A DNA stretch of 64,000 nt from Anaeramoeba ignava BMAN (Eukaryota; Protista; Anaeramoebae), in assembly GCA_028826165.1 (NCBI GenBank), contig JAPDFW010000044.1:124001-188000 (forward strand), given 5' to 3'. The translations under genes were made by a program, and so were the position numbers. Numbering within the stretch: the first letter of the stretch is position 1; each line of letters starts with the position of its first letter. The notes beneath the pieces were generated by a model. That model ran no database searches. It saw only the letters and a program-made list of their open reading frames with translations, and had not been told where the DNA came from. This document shows positions 27,294 through 37,500 of this stretch, piece after piece.

Positions 27294-30200
27294 TTAATTT
27301 GAAAGTTTTTTTAATATTTTTTTTCCTATTAATTGAAGATTTTTATCATTAAAAAAGTTAATTATTAATTTTTGGATAATTTCAATTCCTTTTAATCTTT
27401 TAATTTCATTTTTGTTTTCTAAATTTAAATAATAAAAAAATTAATTTAAAATTTTAATTAAAAATCAAATTTGGAAATTTTACTTTCATCTGAACAAAGA
27501 TTTAATAAAGTTTTACATCCATAATTTTGAATTTCTTGATTATTTGGAAAATTATTCATTGATTTAATAATTGATTCAATTCCTTTTTTTTCTAAAATTT
27601 CATTTTGATTTTCTTTTTTATTTTAAATTTTTTTATTATTTAAATAAGTTTGATTTTTAAATAAATATTTGAATTACTTTTAATATTTAAAACAGAATCT
27701 TTTAAAGGTTTGAATTGATTAAATTTGTTTGATTTCTTATCAATAAAATGATTTTTTGGTTTTATAAATTTTTCAAATTCAAATCCAATTTTTTCTTTTC
27801 TTCTTTTTCTTCTTGATTTAAATGAGAATTACTCATTAAAATTCCACATCCATAAGTTTGAATTTCTTGATTATTTGGGAAATTATTCATTGCTTTAATA
27901 ACTGTTTTAATTCCTTTTTTTTCTATAATTTCATTTTGATTTTCTTTTTTATTTTAAATTTTAATTTTAATTTTAATTTTTAATTTCAATTTCAATTTTA
28001 TTTTTAATTTTTAATTTTAATTTACTTTCATTTCCAAATGAAATAATTCCTAAAGTCTTGCATCCAATAAATTGAATATCTTGATTATTTGGAAAATTAT
28101 CCATTGATTTAATAATTGTTTCAATTCCTTTTTTTTCTCTGATTTCATTTTGATTTTCTTTCATATTGATTTTGATTTTGATTTTGATTTTGATTTTGAT
28201 TTTGATTTTGATTTTGATTTTAATTTTAATTTTAATTTTAATTTTAATTTTAATTTTAATTTTAATTTTAATTTTAATTTTAATTTTAATTTTAATTTTA
28301 ATTTGAAATGTTTGTTTTACTTTCATTTTGAAGACTAATCATTGATAAAATTAAAGATCCAATAGTTTGAATTTCTTGATTATTTGGGAAATTATTCATT
28401 GCTTTAATAATTGTTTTAATTCCTTTTTTTTCTAAAATTTCATTTAGATTTTCTTTATTTTGATTTTAAATTTTAATTTTAATTTTAAATTTTAATTTCA
28501 ATTTCAATTTTATTTTTAATTTTTAATTTTTAATTTACTTTCATTTTCAAATGAAATAATTCCTAAAGTCTTGCATCCAATAAATTGAATATCTTGATTA
28601 TTTGGGAAATTATCCATTGATTTAATAATTGTTTCAATTCCTTTTTTTTCTAAAATTTCATTTTGATTTTCTTTCATATTGATTTTGATTTTGATTTTGA
28701 TTTTGATTTTGATTTTAATTTTAATTTTAATTTTAATTTTAATTTTAATTTTAATTTTAAATTGAAATGTTTGTTTTACTTTCATTTTGAAGACTAATCA
28801 TTGATAAAATTAAAGATCCAATAGCTTGAATACTTTCATCATTTGGGAAATTATTCAATGAATTAATAATTGTTTCAATTCCATTTTGTTTAATAATTTC
28901 ATTTAGATTTCCTTTTATTATTATTTATTATTTATTATTTATTATTTATTATTTATTATTACTTATTATTTATTATTTATTATTTTAAATTGTTTTTCTT
29001 TTTATACTTCCACTTCCTACAATTAACTTTCTTAAAATTTCACATCCATAAACTTGAATTCCTTCATGATTTTGGAAATTATTCATTGCTTTAATAACTA
29101 ATTCAATTCCTTTTTTTTCTAAAATTTCATTTCCTTTTTTTTTTTTCAATTCTAAAAAAATTTTTCTTTTTAAAATTTAAAATGAAATATTTCAAATTTA
29201 CTTTGATTTTCTAATTTAATATTCACTAAAACTGTGCATCCAATAAATTGAATTTCTTTGTTATTTGGGAAATTATTCATTGAATTAATAATTGTTTCAA
29301 TTCCTTTTTTTTCTAAAATTTCATCTTGATTTTCTTTTTTTTTTGATTTTTATTAATAAATTTTCTTTTAAAAAAATTTTGAATCATTTACTTTGATTAC
29401 TAAAAGATATATTTGCTAAAATCATACATCCATAAAGTTGAATATTTTCATTATTTGGGAAAATTATTCATTAATTTAATAATTGTTTCAATTCCTTTAT
29501 TTTCTACAATTTCATTTTGAATTTCTTTTTTTGATTTTGATTTTGATTTTTTAAATCAATTTATTTGTTTTTTTTTTTTTTTTGATTAATTTTACTTTCA
29601 TTTTGGAAACTAAGATTTCCTAAAATTTGACATCCATTTTTTTGGATTTGTTGAATATTTGGAAAATTATTCATTGATTTAATAATTGTTTCAATTCCTT
29701 TTAATTTCATAATTTCATTTTCATTTCCTTTTATTTTTATTTTTATTTTTATTTTTATTTTTAATTTTAATTTTTTTTTTTATAAGGAAAATTATATTTG
29801 TTACTTTGATCGAAAGAAATTATATCCTTTAAAGTTTCACATCCATAAAATTGAATACCTTGATTATTGGTAAAATTATTCATTGAATTAATAATTGTTT
29901 CAATTCCCTTTTTTTCTAAAATTTCATTTTGATTTTCTTTTTTTGGATTTTGATTTTAAATCAAATTAATTTTAATTTTTGATAAGAAAATTTTATATTT
30001 GTTACTTTTATTTAAATAACCAAGATCTCCTAAAGCCATAATTCCAAGCATTTGAACAAATTGGTTATTTGGGAAATTATTCATTGAATTTAATAATCAA
30101 TTCAATTCCATTTTTTTCCCTAATTTCATTTTGATTTTTCTTTTTTGGATTTTGATTTTAAATCAATTTAATTTTTAATATTTAATTTTAATTTAATTTA

Positions 30201-30841
30201 CTTTCATTTCTAAATCCAACATCTCCTAAAGTAATACATCCATCAGCTTGAATAAATTGATTATTAGGGAAATTATTCATTGATTTAATAACTGTATCTG
30301 TTGCTTTTTTTTCTATAATTCCAATTTAATTTTGATTTTTGATTTTAATTTTGATTTTTGATTTTAATTTGATTTTTGAATTATTTTTTATTTTATACTT
30401 TGATTTTGGGATTTCATTTGTCCAAAACTTATACATCCAATAAATTGAATAGATTCATTATTTGGAAAATTATTCATTGTTTTAATAATTGTTTCAATTT
30501 CGTTTTCAAATTCTTTTAAAATTTTTTCTTTATCTGTTTTTTTTTTATATTAAAATTTCAAACTAAATTTAATTTTAAAATTTAAATTTTTTACGTTCAT
30601 TTCTATCTAAAATTTTTTTGAAAATTAAAAATCCAGTTTCTTGAATTGTTTCATTTAATGGAAATTGTTTCATAATTTCGAAAATTTTTTGAATTGAAAC
30701 TATTTTAAAATAAAATAAATTAAATTAAATTTTTAATTAAATTTTGCTTTTTTTTTATTTACTTTCTTTTTCATTCTCTTTTTGTAATGATTTTAAAATT
30801 TCTTTAATTTCTTTTTCAATTTCTTTTTCTTTATTTTCCAT
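27294..30841 (-). CDS. Armadillo-repeat protein, paralogue A4 (~14 ARM exons)
   Basis: Same architecture; ATG 30841, stop 27294-27296. Confidence 0.8.
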
Positions 30842-30889
30842 TATTAAAAAAAAAAATGAAAAATGAAAAATGAAAAAAAATTTTTTTTT

Positions 30890-33800
30890 TTAATTTGAAA
30901 GTTTTTTTAATATTTTGTTTCCTATTGATTGAAGATTTTTATCATTAAAAAAGTTAATTATTAATTTTTGGATAATTTCAATTCCTTTTAATCTTTTAAT
31001 TTCATTTTTGTTTTCTAAATTTAAAAATAATAAAAAAATTAATTTTAAATTTTAATTAAAAATCAAATTTTGGAAATTTTACTTTTATCTGAACAAAGAT
31101 TTAATAAAGTTTTACATCCATAATTTTGAATTTCTTTGTCATTTGGAAAATTATTCATTGATTTAATAATTGATTCAATTCCTTTTTTTTCTAAAATTTC
31201 ATTTTGATTTTCTTTTTTTTTATTTTGATTTTTTTATTATTTAAATAAATTTGATTTTTAAATAAATATTTGAATTACTTTTAATATTTAAAACTGAATC
31301 TTTTAAAGATTTGGATTTTTTTTTAATTTGTTGATTAATTGAGAAATGATTTTTTGGTTTTATAAATTTTTCAGTTTCAATTTGAAATTTATTTTGTTTT
31401 TCTTTAATTTCTTGATTTAAATGAGAAATATTCATTAAAATTCCACATCCATAACTTTGAATTTCTTGATCATTTGGGAAAATTATTCATTGAATTAATA
31501 ATTGTTTCAATTCCTTTTTTTTCTATAATTTCATTTTGATTTTCTTTTTGATTTTAAATTTTAATTTTAATTTTAATTTTAATTTTAAATTTGATTCTTT
31601 TTGATTTACTTTCATTTTGAAATGAAATAGTCATTAAAGATTTATTTCCATAACTTTGAATATCTTGAATATTTGGGAAATTATTCATTGCTTTAATAAT
31701 TGTTTCAATTCCTTTATTTTCTCGTATTTCATCTTGATTTTTTTTATTTTTAAATTTTTTAATTTAAAGAATAATAATAATAATTTTTTTTTTAAATTCT
31801 TTTATACTTTTGTTTTCAAAACTAGTATATCCTAAAATTCCACATCCATTAAATTGAATATCTTTATCATTTGGAAAATTATTCATTGCTTTAATAACTA
31901 ATTCAATTCCTTTTTTTTCTAAAATTTCATTTTGATTTTCTTTTTTTTGGATAATTTCATTTTAATTTCATTTTAATTTCCAATTTAAAAATTTAATTAA
32001 TTTACTTTCATTTCCAAAAATAATACTTCCTAAAGTTGCACATCCAATTCTTTGAATATCTTTATGATTTGGGAAATTATTCATTGATTTGATAATTGTT
32101 TCAATTCCTTTTTTTTCTCGTATTTCATCTTGATTTTCTTTTTATTTTAATTTTAATTTTTATAAATTTTCTTTTATCAAAAAAATGATTAAATTTTTAC
32201 TTCCATTTTGAAAAGATAAAATCCTTAAAGTATCACATCCAAAAATCTGAATAAATTCATTGCTTGTAAAGTTATTAATTGATTTAATAATTGTTTCAAT
32301 TCCATTTTTTTCTGCAACTTCTTTTTGATTTTCTTTTTTTGGATAAATTAAAATTAAAAATTTTTTATTTGATTTTTAAAAGAAATTTGTTTTACTTTCG
32401 TTTTTATAAATAATATATGATAAAGCCATATTTCCATATTTTTGAATATCTTCATTATTTGAGAAATTCTTAATTGATTTTATAATTAATTCAATTCCAT
32501 TTTTTTCTTGTATTTCATTTTGATTTTCTTTTTTTTTTTGGATAATTTCATATTAATTTTAATTTCCAATTTAAAATTTTAAATTAATATACTTTCATTT
32601 CTAAAAGATAAATTTCCTAAAGCAATAGATCCTAAAATTTGAATAGCATCATTATTTGGGAAATTATTCATTGATTTGATAATTGCTTCAATTCCTTTTT
32701 TTTCTCGTATTTCATATTGATTTTCTTTTTGATTTTTTTAAATTAAAAATTTAAAAAAATTTTTTTTTTTTGGAAATTATTTTTTTGAATTGATACTTGG
32801 ATTTTGAAATGAAAGAATCCTTAAAATTTCACAACCAGATCTTTGGCAATTTTCATTATTTGGGAAATTATTCATAAATTTAATAATTGTTTCAATTCCT
32901 TTTTTTTCTCGTATTCCATTTTTATTTCCTGTTTATTTTTTATCAAAAATAAATTTCAGAACAGAAAAAAGGAACAAAAATATAAGCATTTACTTTCATT
33001 TCCATAACTAATATCTCCCAAACTCATACATCCAAAATTTTGAATATCTTGATCATTTGGGAAATTATTCATTGCTTTTATAATTAATTCAATTCCATTT
33101 TTTTCTGCAATTTCATTTTGATTTTCTTTTTGATTTTGATTTTTTTAAATTAATTTTAAATTTCTTCAAATTTTAAATTGGTTTTTTTTTTACTTCGATT
33201 TTTAATTGAAAGAGATCTTAAAATATTAAATCCAAAAATTTGAATAAATGTATCATTTGGAAAATTTTTCATTGAATTAATAATTGTTTCAATTCCATTT
33301 TTTTCTAAAATTTTATTTTGATTTTCTTTTTATTTTGATTTCAATTTTAATTTTTTTTGAAATTATTTTTTTGTGAATCATTTTAAATTTACTTGAATTT
33401 TGGAATGAAAGAAACTTTAATAAATCACAACCAAAAAATTGAATAATTTCATTATTTGGGAAATTATTCATTGATTTAATAATCAATTCAATTCCATTTT
33501 TTTCTACAATTTCTTTTTGATTTTCTTTTTTTTTTTTTATTTAAATTTAATTTAATTTTTTTTGATTTAATTTTTGGATTGTTTACTTTCATTTTCTAAA
33601 CAAATATCTCTTAAAGCCATGCATCCATGTTTTTGAATATCTTCATCATTTGAAAAATTATCCATTGCTTTAATAATTGTTTCAATTCCATTTTTTTCTC
33701 TAATTTCATTTTGAATTTCTTTTTTTTTTTTTTTAATTTTTAATTTTTTAAATTTGATTTTTTTTTTAGATTGTTTACTTGGATTTTCATCACTAATATA

Positions 33801-34414
33801 TCCTAAAGTGGCACATACAAATGATTGAATAAATTGATTATTTGGAAAATTATTCATTGATTTAATAATTGTTTCAATTCCATTTTTTTCTAAAATTTCA
33901 TTTTGATTTTCTTCATTTTGATTTTAATTTTAATTTTAATTTTTAATTTTAATTTTTTTTTGATTTGGTTTTTACTTAGATTTTTCAATCCAAGAGTTTT
34001 TAAAATATCACATCCTAATAAATGAATAATTTGATCATTTGGGAATTCATTCATTGATTTAATAATTGTTTTAATTTGATTTTCTTGTTCTTGTAAATTT
34101 TCTTTTTCTTTTTAATTTTTAAATTAAATTTTTATTTAATTTTTTAATTTAAATTTTAAATTGGTTTACTTGGAGATTTATCTAGAATTGTTTTGTAAAT
34201 AAAAAATACAACTTGATGAATTGCTGCATTTAATGGAAATTGTTCCATTATTTTGAAAATTTTTTGAATTGAAACTTTTTTAAAAAAATTAAATTAAAAA
34301 ATTTTGGAACTTTTTATTTATTATTAAAAAAATACTATTTTGAGTATTTTCATTTTGAAAAGATTTTAGCAATTCTTGAATTATTTCAATTTCTTTATTT
34401 GAATTATCTGCCAT
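30890..34414 (-). CDS. Armadillo-repeat protein, paralogue A5 (~15 ARM exons, most diverged start)
   Basis: ATG 34414 (MADNSNKEIEII), stop 30890-30892, same exon modules. Confidence 0.8.
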
Positions 34415-34507
34415 TTTGAAAAATTAAGAAAAAAATGAAAAAAAAATAATTTTAATTTTTTTATTTTTTCATTTTTTTCCTTTCATTTTTTTGAAAAATT
34501 TTAAGAA
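34415..34507. promoter_or_regulatory. 93-bp divergent (bidirectional) promoter region with TCATTTT initiator-like motifs on both strands
   Basis: Lies between ATG 34414(-) and ATG 34508(+). AAAAATGAAAA at ~34431-34441 (TCATTTT on minus); TTCATTTT at ~34468 and ~34482 on plus. Confidence 0.6.
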
Positions 34508-37500
34508 ATGGAAAATAAAAATAGAATCAATAATTTTAATTGTAATTATGTAGTCACAATAAATCCACCAACATCTATAACAACATCAACAACAGGAAAA
34601 TTTACATCACCAAAAGATAGAAATTTGATAGTTTCCAAAAATACATCATTTGAAATATATTTTATAACATCAACAGGTTTAAAACCTTATTTAGTTGTTC
34701 CCATTTATGGAAGTATTGCAACATTGAAGCTATTTTCTATTGAAGGAAAAGAACAAGATTTATTGTTTATTTTGACACAAGAAGCCAAGTTGATGATTCT
34801 TTCATTTGATTCAAAAACAGAAACAATTACAACAGTTGCAAATAGTAATTTGAAGCAAAAAATTGGCAAGAAAAATGAGATTGGAGCTGTTGGGTTAATT
34901 TCTCCAAACTCACAAGCAATTATAGTTTATTTTTACACTGGGTTTTTGAAATATTTCCCAATTGATCCAAATGCAAATCTTTTAAATTCAAATAAGGATG
35001 ATTTAATAATAAACGGTGGCGCAGAAAATGCCGCTTTCCCAGTGTTTTCTGAAGCATTTGATATTCGATTGAAAGAGCTAATTGTTCATGATATTGTTTT
35101 TTTATATTCAAAATACAACGAATTATTATTGTGTGTTTTGTTTGAAACTGCAAATGATATGCGACATATCAAAACATATGTGTTGCAAAAGGAATTGCTT
35201 GAATTGAAAAAAGGTCCGTTTTCAAGATCAAATGTGGATGAATCAGCCAATATGCTGATTCCTGTTTTACCTCCTTTTTACGGAGTTTTGGTTGTTGGAA
35301 ACTCGAAGATATCATACATCAACAATGGCAGCTTTATTACCACTAAAATTCCCTGGGGATTTTATATCGCATTTGGTGTTATTGATGCCTCAAGAATACT
35401 TTTGGGTGATCATCTGGGAAATTTATATTTGGTTGCTTTAATTAAGAAGACATCAAGAAAATCAAAATCAATTGAAAACGAAAAAACTCAAGAAAAACAA
35501 GTTGTGGAAATTAAGTTTGTTAAATTGGGAGAAACATCTTCTCCAACTTCCTTTTCATATTTAGATAATGGATTTGTGTTTGTGGGATCTTCTTGGGGAA
35601 ATTCGATGGTCATCCAACTCCAAAACTCATCTACTCCAGGATTTGAAGTTGTGGATGAGTTTCGGAATGTTGGTCCCATTTCAGATTTTTGTTGTGTTTG
35701 TCCAGATGATTCTGGGCAATCCAAAATGATTACATGCTCGGGAGCTTTCAAATCAAGCTCTTTGCAATTAATTTCCAACGGAATTCTTATTAATCAATTA
35801 TCTTCAATAAATCTTCCAGGAATTTCTGGTATTTGGAATCTCAAACAATTCAAGAAACAAAAAGAAAACAAAACAGAAAAATTAATTGATAACTTGATTG
35901 ACAAATTTGTTGTTCTTTCTTTTTTCCAAACAACATCAATTTTGGAAGTTAAAGGAGAACAATTTCAATCAGTAGAATTTAATGGGTTTGCTTATGATTC
36001 GCAAACATTATGTTGTTTTCAAATGATTTTACCCAAAGAAGGCAAAATTTACACGATACAAATTGTTCCAGAATCTATTCGTGTAATTGAAACATCAAAA
36101 TGGGAATTAGTTTCAACTTGGAAACCTCCAAAAGAAAGCAGAATATTACTTGCAGAAGGAATTCAATATGAGCAAGAAAATTCGACATTTTCAAAAGTGA
36201 TTCTTTCAACCTCAATTCATGATATTATTATGTTGGAAATTTCATCTGATGGCAAATTTTCTCAGAAAGGAATAGCTAATTTTGGGTTTGAAATTTCTTG
36301 TATTAATCTGCATGAAAATTTGGATATTGGAGCAATTGGTTCATGGGAAGATTTCAGCATTAGATTGATTAATCTCAAGAATATGCAAGAAATTTGCAAA
36401 GTTGATCTTATTAATGGTAGTTTATTTACACAAGAAATCAACAACAATAATAATAATAATTTAATTCTTTATTTTTAAAAATAACAATAACAACAATAAC
36501 AACAATAAAAAAGATGTTCTTCCAAGATCTGTCGTGCTAATTTCTTGGCAAAAGGAACTATATTTAATTATTGGTATGGGAGATGGAAATGTTTTCACAT
36601 TTAATCTTGATTTGGAAACATATCAAGTAAAGAAAAAAAGAAAATTTGTTTCGGGGAAAACACCCGTTTCACTTCGTAAATTGAAGTGTTTTGGAAAAGA
36701 AATTGTGTTTGTTTGTTCGGATAAATCAAGTGTTATTCATTCAGAAAATCAAAAATTGCTTTTTTCAAGCACAACTGTTAATGAAGTGAATCAAATTTCA
36801 TCATTAAATTCAAAATATTATTCTGATTGTTTAATTATTTCAAGCAATAACACACTTTCAATTTGTCAAATTGAAGAATTTCAAAATTTAAATATTAAGG
36901 AATTTCCATTGAATGAAATGGCAAGAAGAATTGTACATTTGAAGAAAATGAAGAAATATGCAATTTTAACATCTGTTATTTCAACGAATGAAGATCAACA
37001 GAAATCAGAAATGTTAAGTAATGAAATACCGAATCAAATTGAGAAAAATCATCTTCGAATAATTGATGAGAATACATTTGAGGGTTAGAAACAAAATCAA
37101 TTAGAAAATCAAAATTAAAATCAATTAGAAAATTAAAATCAATTAGAAAATTAAAATCAATTAGAAAATTAAAATTAAAATCAATTAGAAAATTAAAATC
37201 AAAATCAAAATTAAAATTAAAATCAATTAGAAAATCAAAATCAATTAGAAAATTAAAATCAATTAGAAAATTAAAATCAATTAGAAAATTAAAATCAATT
37301 AGAAAATTAAAATTAATTAGAAAATCAAAATCAAAATTAAAATCAATTAGAAAATTAAAATTAATATTAAAATCAATTAGAAAATTAAAATTAAAATCAA
37401 AATCAAAATTAAAATCAATTAGAAAATTAAAATCAATTAGAAAATTAAAATCAATTAGAAAATTAAAATTAAAATCAAAATTAAAATTAAAATCAATTAG

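Noticed and set aside
17871-33857. The many short minus-strand ORFs as separate small genes
   Set aside because: They are single exons running into introns (NE|SK.. marks the GTAA donor); only five start/stop sets exist
16758-34414. CRISPR-like or diversity-generating-retroelement interpretation of the ~200-bp repeats
   Set aside because: Units are coding exons with GT-AG introns. No cas or reverse transcriptase gene is in the window, and no invariant template with adenine-only variation is evident.
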